Positions 1 to 7,499 of a stretch of 40,986 bases of DNA are shown here, in pieces. The translations under genes and the position numbers were made by a program. The DNA comes from a virus. Taxonomy: Duplodnaviria > Caudoviricetes. Under the pieces are notes generated by a model. The model saw only the letters and a program-made list of their open reading frames with translations. It had not been told where the DNA came from and did not search any database. Each line of letters starts with the position of its first letter. Within the stretch, counting starts at the first letter, position 1. The DNA lies in the IMG/VR virus record IMGVR_UViG_3300048896_000068, positions 1 through 40,986 of that record. The stretch is one strand, 5' to 3'.

Positions 1-31
1 CACACTCCATACACGTAGTGTATGGAGTGTG
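1..31. repeat. Terminal perfect hairpin: 14-bp stem, 3-nt loop (GTA)
   Basis: 1-14 CACACTCCATACAC is the exact reverse complement of 18-31 GTGTATGGAGTGTG. Confidence 0.95.
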
Positions 32-462
32 TGCGGGGTGAGTCTAAAGCGCGTTAAGGGGTAATTACACTATATGCACGTGTTTTTCTGTGAAAAGTGA
101 GTGAGCGATTACTCACTAAAGGCAGTTGGACGTAGAAAGGGTGTATAACCATCGGTGCAATTGCACCCGGTACGGCACATCGTACAGTCATTTAGTAACA
201 GTGCTTAAGAGTGTAGGTAATCGGTATCCGGTTACATAGGCACATAGACACACAGGCTGTCAACCCTATAGTACATGGATATTGTACCACACTTTTTATG
301 AAAAGTCTAGTGGTGAGCGTTCACTCACTCATCAATATTAATTGTATATACACATGTGCTGTGTTTATATGCACACTAGAGGGAAGGTCAGACGTTGCAC
401 ATGCACGCTTTGGGGGATCCGGGGCAGGTACACGACCTAGTGGCATTTACCTAACATGTAAG

Positions 463-577
463 TGACCTATTTAGCATGAAGTGACCTATCACCAAACCCA
501 TGTTGATTGGTGTGACCTGACACGAAGAGAGATGACCTATCACCAATGCCATGCACATGGCTTGACCTGGTACGAAG
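463..577 (+). repeat. TGACCT iteron-like motifs, including a degenerate ~51-bp tandem duplication
   Basis: TGACCT at 463, 482, 513, 533, 563; TGACCTATCACCAA at 482 and 533; one inverted AGGTCA at 385. Confidence 0.85.
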
Positions 578-595
578 TGGCACTATGTGTTAGGA

Positions 596-639
596 TAAGT
601 GGTAGGTACGTGGTAGGTAAGTGGTAGGTAAGTGGTTGA
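596..639 (+). repeat. 4 x 11-bp tandem repeat TAAGTGGTAGG
   Basis: TAAGTGGTAGG TACGTGGTAGG TAAGTGGTAGG TAAGTGGTTGA. Confidence 0.9.
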
Positions 640-776
640 TATTGTTAGGAAATAGCATATAAGGGGGGTTGGTTAGAAGAGGTAGGAAGTGTGAGGAAGT
701 GTTAGGTACATGCGAGTATAATGCGTGGTACTACACGCCCATCCGATAGGGGGGTATACCCTTGATTCGCCTCTTC

Positions 777-805
777 AGTTTACACTATTTTGGGGTAAAT
801 GTCAA
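777..805 (-). promoter_or_regulatory. Outward-facing sigma70-type promoter in the left ITR
   Basis: TTGACA-17-TAAACT with extended TG; shares AAAWTAGTGTA with the late promoters. Confidence 0.7.
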
Positions 806-844
806 TAGCCGATGGTCGGGAAGTGGTTGGAAATTGGATATGTT

Positions 845-900
845 TAAACTTTAATTAAGAATTTGACATAGTAAAAGATATAGGCTAAACTTTAATTAAG
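845..900 (+). promoter_or_regulatory. Inward sigma70 promoter bracketed by 15-bp direct repeats (operator-like)
   Basis: TTGACA(863)-17-TAAACT(886); TAAACTTTAATTAAG at 845-859 and 886-900. Confidence 0.7.
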
Positions 901-997
901 GTAGAAAGTAGTTATGATATTGAAATCTACTGAATAAATAGATAAGCTAACCTATTACGTCGAACCAACTCAAACGACGAAAAAAATAAGTAGAGTA

Positions 998-1024
998 AAA
1001 GCCGGTATATCCGGCTTTATTATT
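998..1024 (+). terminator. Intrinsic terminator-like hairpin
   Basis: AAAGCCGG-TATAT-CCGGCTTT followed by ATTATT. Confidence 0.6.
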
Positions 1025-1033
1025 GGAGGTATT

Positions 1034-1183
1034 ATGTTTAATCGACATGAAAAATGCTGTAGGGGAGATTGTTATCACATGAACCCTTGTTGGTATTGTT
1101 CGAACGCTTATATTTATGTACCCATTATTATATCGATAGCAATTTGCATTAGTATAACTTTATTGGTGATTAAATGTATATAG
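1034..1183 (+). CDS. 49-aa Cys-rich membrane-anchored protein
   Basis: GGAGG RBS; MFNRHEKCCRGDCYHMNPCWYCSNAYIYVPIIISIAICISITLLVIKCI, translated by hand. Confidence 0.65.
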   Translation: MFNRHEKCCRGDCYHMNPCWYCSNAYIYVPIIISIAICISITLLVIKCI

Positions 1184-1374
1184 GATTTTTAGCAAATTCT
1201 AATTTTTTACCTGGTATGATTTGGTGGAATACAAACGTATGGATTATTTTTAGAAAAACTAAAACTTATTGGAATAGTCAAAATTATTCTTGGTATATGA
1301 TGATTGATTCAAAATATACAACTAAAGAGCAATTTAAAACTCAACAACGTCAAATTTTTTCGGTAGGGAAATAG
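1174..1374 (+). CDS. Hypothetical protein
   Basis: 66-aa ORF with GGTGA RBS; 3' end overlaps the convergent DUF2235 gene. Confidence 0.45.
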   Translation: MYIGFLANSNFLPGMIWWNTNVWIIFRKTKTYWNSQNYSWYMMIDSKYTTKEQFKTQQRQIFSVGK

Positions 1375-2299
1375 TATAATTTTTTACCCACTTTTCACGT
1401 AGTAATACAGAATCATGAATATTTGCATTTTCTGGTATTTGTCTGTGATAAGGCTTCCAGAATAACTTATAAAACCCTTTGTAGGACTCGCAGATTTTAG
1501 TAAATATATTTGGCTTAATTGTCTCTTGATATTTATCATCTAATATTAAACCACAAGCACTAGCCTTTTTTAACATCCATTGTAGTGATATATCAGATAA
1601 TCCACTTTCAGGATTTCCGCCGCCTACGTCAGCGTGTACACCTGCAAACCAGACTTGTTCAACTACTTTGTGTTCATCTGGATTTTCATTTAATAACACA
1701 GGTTTAAACATAAAACGTTTTTCGTCAATTGATAATGCATGATAGGCGAATGTGACATCAGGATATAATGTAACATCTAATGGATTTAATTTTTTATCGG
1801 CTTCTCCTCTGGAGTCAACAGTGTCCCATATACCTAAGAAGTGTATTTGACATTTGCGACATAACGAGCCTTCAAATTTAGCAGTCTCAGAGGTGTTTTC
1901 TAGGTATAGTCTAGCTAAGTATCCTATTAAATGCTCATTTCCAGGATATAAAATACCTATTTTATGTATGATGCTGGCAAATGCCCTTGCTGTATATGCT
2001 CCACGACTAAAGCCAGTAAGAAAAATTAAATCTCCTTCTTGATATGTTTGCATTAAAAATTTATATGCATCAATCAAAACATCTGCGATACCCCATCCAA
2101 ATGCTTTGCCCATTGTAGACTTTAAACTATTTTTGGTCCACTTACGAAAAAATCCATCAGTTCCCACGCCAGGATGATAGAATATAATTTGTTTTTCATC
2201 GTCAAACTTAGATAGCTTCGCAAATTTTGCAACATTGGTGAGAGAGTCACCGAAATCATTACCAGTGCCATCAAAACAGATAATAATGTTTTTAGCCAT
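1334..2299 (-). CDS. DUF2235 / Tle1-like alpha/beta-hydrolase (putative phospholipase)
   Basis: IIICFDGTGN, YHPGVGT, GFSRGAYTAR nucleophile elbow, GIWDTV, HALSIDE, WFAGVHADVGGG. Confidence 0.93.
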   Translation of the reverse strand: MAKNIIICFDGTGNDFGDSLTNVAKFAKLSKFDDEKQIIFYHPGVGTDGFFRKWTKNSLKSTMGKAFGWGIADVLIDAYKFLMQTYQEGDLIFLTGFSRGAYTARAFASIIHKIGILYPGNEHLIGYLARLYLENTSETAKFEGSLCRKCQIHFLGIWDTVDSRGEADKKLNPLDVTLYPDVTFAYHALSIDEKRFMFKPVLLNENPDEHKVVEQVWFAGVHADVGGGNPESGLSDISLQWMLKKASACGLILDDKYQETIKPNIFTKICESYKGFYKLFWKPYHRQIPENANIHDSVLLREKWVKNYTISLPKKFDVVEF

Positions 2300-2300
2300 G

Positions 2301-2525
2301 TTATTTCTCTAATTTTTTATGTAGGTCAGCAACTAATGTATTTAAGGCTTCAATAAGCTTAACACAAACTTTTATTTTATTAAAGATAGATAGACCTCCC
2401 CAAATTACGCCGATAGCGGCCATAATGGTTCCTAGTGATGCGATTGCGGGTAATCCGGCAATACTTGTAACAATAAAAGCTAAAATGCCGCCACTAAGTA
2501 GGGCTATTGGTAGAACTGGAATCAT
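2301..2525 (-). CDS. Small 2-TM membrane protein (holin/antiholin-like)
   Basis: Two hydrophobic helices; likely ATG at 2525 with GAGG RBS, overlapping the upstream gene. Confidence 0.6.
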   Translation of the reverse strand: MIPVLPIALLSGGILAFIVTSIAGLPAIASLGTIMAAIGVIWGGLSIFNKIKVCVKLIEALNTLVADLHKKLEK

Positions 2526-2946
2526 CTGTTTTTTCCTCAATTGTTTTTGCAACGGTTGCAACTCTCTGCTTAATCTTGTCTACTAAATCAAACCCACTAA
2601 AAATAGCTTTGCCGAATAATACTAAACTCACTAAGGTAATAATTGTGGTATTATCAATAGGAGTTACTACTACATGCTTACCAAATAGTTGCACTATATT
2701 TATAAATACATCGCGGATAAAGTAATTATAAACTACAATCCATTCTACGGCCCACGTAAATGCAGCATGTGCACGGTTACGAAAAGGATCAGCACTTTGT
2801 AAGTCTTCTTTATTTTGTTGTAATGCTGATGTAAGAGAGTCTAACTGTTGAAAAATACCTGCTTGTTGGCCTGGAGGTAAGAATTGCTTGACAGCATCCT
2901 TAATTTTTGATATTGTTTCTAGAGTACTTTTAATATCTAGTGGCAT
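2494..2946 (-). CDS. Holin-like protein (resembles the GTA 3TM holin family)
   Basis: NKEDLQSADPF...FTW...YNY pattern plus TM helices; RBS AAGGTGATCC. Confidence 0.6.
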   Translation of the reverse strand: MPLDIKSTLETISKIKDAVKQFLPPGQQAGIFQQLDSLTSALQQNKEDLQSADPFRNRAHAAFTWAVEWIVVYNYFIRDVFINIVQLFGKHVVVTPIDNTTIITLVSLVLFGKAIFSGFDLVDKIKQRVATVAKTIEEKTDDSSSTNSPT

Positions 2947-2977
2947 TGGATCACCTTATTGGGCACGAATAAAGGGA

Positions 2978-3006
2978 AGTATATCACATTTTACTGAGAT
3001 TGTCAA
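2978..3006 (-). promoter_or_regulatory. sigma70 promoter of the holin/DUF2235 operon
   Basis: TTGACA-17-TATACT. Confidence 0.75.
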
Positions 3007-3019
3007 CAGGGGTATATAC

Positions 3020-3124
3020 ATGTATTTTATTTTGCATAATTGCGTATTACCATTTATACTAGGGTTTGCAAGTGTGGTGATTGTTTACTTATTTTTATCT
3101 TTAATTGGAGCTTTAAACCAATGA
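3020..3124 (+). CDS. 34-aa single-TM peptide
   Basis: AGGGG RBS; ATGA coupling to the next gene. Confidence 0.5.
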   Translation: MYFILHNCVLPFILGFASVVIVYLFLSLIGALNQ

Positions 3125-3336
3125 GTATGTTATATTTTTTAGCTAATTTTACATTAGCCTTATCAATGAAGCCAGGAATGACTTTGCAAACTGATATTCA
3201 AATGCATCACCCGGAAACTTTTATAGGATGGAATGCTAAAGACCGCTGTGAAGATGCACGATCTAAACGATTACAAGCACTAGGAAGGTCTAAGAGAGGA
3301 ACACAAGAGATAGTAGGTATGTGCATGGGAAGCTAA
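3121..3336 (+). CDS. Small two-Cys protein with hydrophobic N-terminus
   Basis: GGAG RBS before ATG 3121; F..(x)..C...C pattern shared with ORFs at 14.4-16 kb. Confidence 0.6.
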   Translation: MSMLYFLANFTLALSMKPGMTLQTDIQMHHPETFIGWNAKDRCEDARSKRLQALGRSKRGTQEIVGMCMGS

Positions 3337-3370
3337 TTTTTTAAATTGAAAATTTAAATAAGGTATATGC

Positions 3371-4297
3371 ATGACTGACGAAAAACAATCAGAAACCGCT
3401 GAAGCTTGGCCTAAAATTATTTATGAAAGTGCTATTAAAAATTATATGTCTGAATATGTGCATGGTCAGCCGGAAGTTTTAGACTTATTGGCTTTTATAG
3501 GTCATATGTATACACTACAAATGTTTGCACAAAAACATGATATTAGAAAGCAATCCCTACCGAGAGTTAATGCTTTAATTACTGGACCTACCGGATTTGG
3601 AAAAACATTCACAGTTAGAAAATTTGCAGAGTCATTGAATTTACCATATAAAAAAATTGATTGCTCGACTGTTAGTGCTGAGGGATGGCACGGAACAAAC
3701 CTTTCACAATATATAGAAGAGTATTTGAATACTAATCCAAAAGGATTTGGAATACTTCATTTAGACGAAGTAGACAAATTAGTCACAAGACACCACGGAG
3801 CTAAGCAAGAGTTACAATTAAGCTTATTAGAATTACTAGATGGCGATTATCACCATATGACTGATCATTATGACAGTAAGAAAAATAAAAAACTTGACAA
3901 TGTGAATAATAGTTTGATACTATTGTCAGGAAGCTTCCAAACTCAAAGAAACGAAGAAGCATCAAAAAAACATATTGGATTTAATTATAAAATTGATATT
4001 GATAATCGACCATGGAAAGAAAAATTAGACGAATTAGGTTTTATGCAGGAATTTTCAGCAAGGATTGTATGTAGCATAGAACTTAAAAAATATAACAGTG
4101 AGCAAGTTAGAACCATTTTAACTTATACTAAACAAAGTGTTTATAATAAATATTTAAATTTATTCGGGAGGTATGAAACATTAGAACCTGAAGAGATCGA
4201 CGAGATTGTTAAAAAGGTAGAAGAAAACAAAAACGGCCTTAGAGAACTCGATAGTTTATTATTTGAAAAATATTACGAGAAAAGGCGGAATAGATGA
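3371..4297 (+). CDS. ClpX/HslU-family AAA+ ATPase lacking the N-terminal Zn domain
   Basis: YVHGQ, Walker A GPTGFGKT, pore loop EGWHG, Walker B LHLDEVDK, Q..LLELLDG, IGF loop, EF.AR, NGLREL. Confidence 0.9.
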   Translation: MTDEKQSETAEAWPKIIYESAIKNYMSEYVHGQPEVLDLLAFIGHMYTLQMFAQKHDIRKQSLPRVNALITGPTGFGKTFTVRKFAESLNLPYKKIDCSTVSAEGWHGTNLSQYIEEYLNTNPKGFGILHLDEVDKLVTRHHGAKQELQLSLLELLDGDYHHMTDHYDSKKNKKLDNVNNSLILLSGSFQTQRNEEASKKHIGFNYKIDIDNRPWKEKLDELGFMQEFSARIVCSIELKKYNSEQVRTILTYTKQSVYNKYLNLFGRYETLEPEEIDEIVKKVEENKNGLRELDSLLFEKYYEKRRNR

Positions 4298-4782
4298 AAT
4301 TAACCTTAATTGGAACTGCTGCTATATTGGCGGTAATGTCTGGTACTTTTATGTATCATAGACATAATAATGAGAATAGATATATAGATGTAGATTTTTC
4401 TAAACCAAGTTCTGAAAAAAGACTATGTGTTATGGAACATTCTAAAGCTATATACTGTACTTGGGTAACACACGGTAGAAATTCTGGAGAGCTATATGCT
4501 ACAAGATTTTCTAATGAGAACGGAAGCGGAGAATCGAGTTTAGGAAAACTAAGAGTAGGTGAGAGTTATTATGGTAAACATGGACTGAGTTATCGTCTTG
4601 ACGGTCTTGAACCAGGCAAGAATGATAATGTAAGAAGTAGAGCCATAGTAATTCATGAAGCCGACTATATAGGGTATGGACGCACTGGAAGGTCATTAGG
4701 ATGTTTGGCCGTTCCTACTGATGATATAGAAACATTGTTTAAATATATTTATACTGGCATGATTATAAAAGCACATGTGTAA
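4294..4782 (+). CDS. Murein L,D-transpeptidase catalytic-domain protein (YkuD_2-like) with N-terminal anchor
   Basis: IDVDFSKPS, VTHGRNSG, FSN..GS..SSLG, LDGLEPGKNDN, IVIH.A.Y, GRSLGC. Confidence 0.88.
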   Translation: MKLTLIGTAAILAVMSGTFMYHRHNNENRYIDVDFSKPSSEKRLCVMEHSKAIYCTWVTHGRNSGELYATRFSNENGSGESSLGKLRVGESYYGKHGLSYRLDGLEPGKNDNVRSRAIVIHEADYIGYGRTGRSLGCLAVPTDDIETLFKYIYTGMIIKAHV

Positions 4783-4788
4783 AAATAT

Positions 4789-4817
4789 TTGACATATTTC
4801 TAAATCTGATATATGAT
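4789..4817 (+). promoter_or_regulatory. sigma70 promoter for the replication operon
   Basis: TTGACA-17-TATGAT. Confidence 0.75.
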
Positions 4818-4854
4818 TGAAATTGTTTATTAATGTCTGAGGAGACAAAAAAAC

Positions 4855-5340
4855 ATGACTGAAAGTAAAATCTTAACCTCACCTGAAGGTGAAATCCTGT
4901 TTTCTAGTTTGAGATCTGCACGTAAAAATTCATTTACGGGAAATCTTGAATATTCAATGAGGATTGAAATTGACGGTGATGCAAAAGGCGCTGAGGAGTT
5001 TAAAAAAGCTCTGAAGAAAGTTAACAAAGCTCTAGTGGTCACTGAAGATTCAGAAGGCAATTCAGCGGTCAAAAAAGAGGGGAATTATATTGTCAATGCA
5101 AGAACTAAGGATCAACCTAAAGTTTTTGACAAGTCAAATGATACCCTGGAAACTGAACATATTCCTATGGTAGAAAGTGGAACCGCTAGAATTTTAGTAA
5201 CCACATTTGAAGGTAAGTCCGGGAAAGGCGGCGGTATTAATTTGGCCGGTGTCCAATTACTTGATATTACAGAGTACCAAGGAGCCGAACCAGTTGACGA
5301 AGACGAACTTAAGAAAGCACTAAAAATGAAACATGCTTAA
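4855..5340 (+). CDS. Single-stranded DNA-binding protein (T7 gp2.5/DUF2815-like)
   Basis: EYSMRIEI, P.VFD, L.GVQLL pattern, acidic C-terminal stretch; directly upstream of PolA. Confidence 0.7.
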   Translation: MTESKILTSPEGEILFSSLRSARKNSFTGNLEYSMRIEIDGDAKGAEEFKKALKKVNKALVVTEDSEGNSAVKKEGNYIVNARTKDQPKVFDKSNDTLETEHIPMVESGTARILVTTFEGKSGKGGGINLAGVQLLDITEYQGAEPVDEDELKKALKMKHA

Positions 5341-5377
5341 ATAGTTTTCTCATTTAGACATGGAAGTAATCACTTTG

Positions 5378-5422
5378 CCTGTATAGACTACTACTCTAAT
5401 TGTAGTCTGTATGGGTTTTTTT
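5378..5422 (+). terminator. Hairpin plus T7 terminator between SSB and PolA
   Basis: CCTGTATAGACTAC...GTAGTCTGTATGGG then TTTTTTT. Confidence 0.6.
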
Positions 5423-5439
5423 ATGAGGTAAAAATAATA

Positions 5440-7476
5440 ATGGCTATAGGAATAGACTTTGAAAGCTATTTGATTAGTAATGAATCACCAATTCCAAAGC
5501 CTGTTTGTTTATCGTGGGCCGAAGATAGAAAAAAAGGTTTATTAATAGGTCAAGACATGGAAAGTTATTTAAAAAAACAAATGGAAGCAAACAAAATGCT
5601 TGTGGCTCATAATGCTACATTTGAAACAATGGTAATATATCAACATTTTCCAAAACTTAGAAAACTTCTAGTAAAACATATAGAAGATGGAAACTTTTTT
5701 TGTACGCAGTTATATCAACAACTATTAGATAATTTAGATAAAAAAGAATCGGGAGATAAATCTTTAGCAGGTCTTGTTTTAAAATATTATAAAAAAGATA
5801 TATCAGAGGACAAGAAAAAACCGGATGCATGGCGATTAAGATATAGTGAGCTAGATGGTATTCCGCTTAGTGAGTGGCCTGACGAAGCAAAAGACTATGC
5901 AATCATGGACTCTGTATATGCTAGGGATATATACGAAACTCAAATGAGAACAAACCCACGAATTATTTATAAAACCCACTTGCTTGCATCATTTTGTTTA
6001 AATATGTTTGCATCAAGAGGTATACTAATTGAGAAAGAACGGGTAATAACCCTTGATAAAGAAATTAATGATATTTTAAACCCTACTTATCACAATCTAG
6101 AGTCACAAGGATTTATGAAGAGAGATAAGAAAGGAAAGCTTTCTAAAAACGTAAAGATATTACAAGAATATATTATAGAGAATTTTGACAATTTAATGAG
6201 AACCGATAAAGGCGCGGTGCAAGTATCAGGTGAAGCATTAGACTTTTACGGATTGGAAAAAGAAGATGAAATTATTAAAGCATTTAGATATATTGGACAA
6301 TATGAAAAAGCTAAGACAGCATTTGTGGCAAGGCTTAAAACGGCAGATCCAGTTATTAGGACTGGTTATAACGCTATTGTTAGATCGGGTAGAACTAGCA
6401 GCCGTGCTACGACTGCTTACCCTTCGGTCAACATACAGCAACAACCTCGTGGCCTTAAAGGTGTTACATGGGACATCAGAAATTGTTATATCCCCCGACA
6501 AGGATTTAAACTTGTCACAATCGACTATAATAACCTTGAATTACTATCATGTGCTAATCAGTTGTATTCTGTCTATGGTAAATCTAATATGTGCGACCTT
6601 ATTAACAGTGGCACTAGTCCTACTGATTTACATTCTGTTTTTGCATGTGAGTTAATGAGTTCAGATACTAAAAGGGTTATATTATATGATGAATATGTCG
6701 CAAACAAAAAGAAAGAAGGCTGGAAAGAATATCGACAAAAGGGAAAGCCAGTTACCTTGGGTGTACCAGGTGGAATGGGGTACGATACAATTCGAACGCA
6801 GTTTAACAAGGAAGGAATTAACCTACCTTTCGACATATTACAAAGATGTCAATACGAAGTTGTTGCAAGAAGACTTGTCAGAAAATACCAACAAGAATAT
6901 CCATCAATCAGAGTTAAGCGAACAGGTAAAAAAGAATGGTCAGTCGTATTTGATGAAATTGTTAAGCTCAAAAAGATTTTATTTAAATTATATCCAGAGC
7001 TTGAAATGTTTCTCAAAGAAGGCCACTTGAAATATGTTAATGGAGAATTTGGATACACTAAAAATGAGTATGGAGAATGGGAAAAGGAACCATATTACAA
7101 ATATAAAACTTTAGGGGTAGAACGGGATTACTGCACATACACGGCTTTTACTAATGGATTTTTGATGCAAGCTCCCTCAGCGGTTGGGGCAAAAAAAGCA
7201 GGGGTAAATATCTTCAAAGAGTATGCTGAATGCGATGAAGTGTACCCACTCGCTTTTATTCATGATGAATATATCTTTGAAATTAAAGACAATAATAATT
7301 TACAAAAACATGTTGACAGATGCGCCGAAATTATGGTAGACTCAATGAAGAGTGTATTGACTTCAGTCAGAGTGGCAGTAGAAGCCGAAATCAAGGACTA
7401 TTGGTCAAAAGACATTTGTTTAAGTTCCCGCAATTACTGGAAAGATAAAAACTCAACTGAATTGAAATATAAATGA
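5440..7476 (+). CDS. polA: Family A DNA polymerase with 3'-5' exonuclease domain
   Basis: ExoI IDFES, AHNATFE, YAIMDS; SGRTSS, NIQQQPR, motif A IDYNNLEL, DLH, motif B RQKGKPVTLG, motif C IHDE. Confidence 0.95.
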   Translation: MAIGIDFESYLISNESPIPKPVCLSWAEDRKKGLLIGQDMESYLKKQMEANKMLVAHNATFETMVIYQHFPKLRKLLVKHIEDGNFFCTQLYQQLLDNLDKKESGDKSLAGLVLKYYKKDISEDKKKPDAWRLRYSELDGIPLSEWPDEAKDYAIMDSVYARDIYETQMRTNPRIIYKTHLLASFCLNMFASRGILIEKERVITLDKEINDILNPTYHNLESQGFMKRDKKGKLSKNVKILQEYIIENFDNLMRTDKGAVQVSGEALDFYGLEKEDEIIKAFRYIGQYEKAKTAFVARLKTADPVIRTGYNAIVRSGRTSSRATTAYPSVNIQQQPRGLKGVTWDIRNCYIPRQGFKLVTIDYNNLELLSCANQLYSVYGKSNMCDLINSGTSPTDLHSVFACELMSSDTKRVILYDEYVANKKKEGWKEYRQKGKPVTLGVPGGMGYDTIRTQFNKEGINLPFDILQRCQYEVVARRLVRKYQQEYPSIRVKRTGKKEWSVVFDEIVKLKKILFKLYPELEMFLKEGHLKYVNGEFGYTKNEYGEWEKEPYYKYKTLGVERDYCTYTAFTNGFLMQAPSAVGAKKAGVNIFKEYAECDEVYPLAFIHDEYIFEIKDNNNLQKHVDRCAEIMVDSMKSVLTSVRVAVEAEIKDYWSKDICLSSRNYWKDKNSTELKYK

Positions 7477-7499
7477 GGTATTACTATGGATATTAATTT

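Larger units (their letters stand above)
1..828. repeat. Probable left inverted terminal repeat (non-coding, palindrome- and repeat-rich)
   Basis: No ORF >=60 aa and visibly more GC-rich than the rest; 752-828 is the reverse complement of the last 77 bp of the contig; full extent inferred from assembly collapse. Confidence 0.7.

Noticed and set aside
460-640. CRISPR array
   Set aside because: Repeats are short, degenerate or directly tandem, with no unique spacers and no cas genes
752-761. GGGTATACCC palindrome as a protelomerase cut site at the right end
   Set aside because: Only 10 bp, and no protelomerase is recognised; the 77-bp match length is explained more simply by assembler overlap, although this is not fully excluded
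6238-7058. Alternative-frame and antisense ORFs inside polA
   Set aside because: Fully nested in a conserved gene with no independent signals
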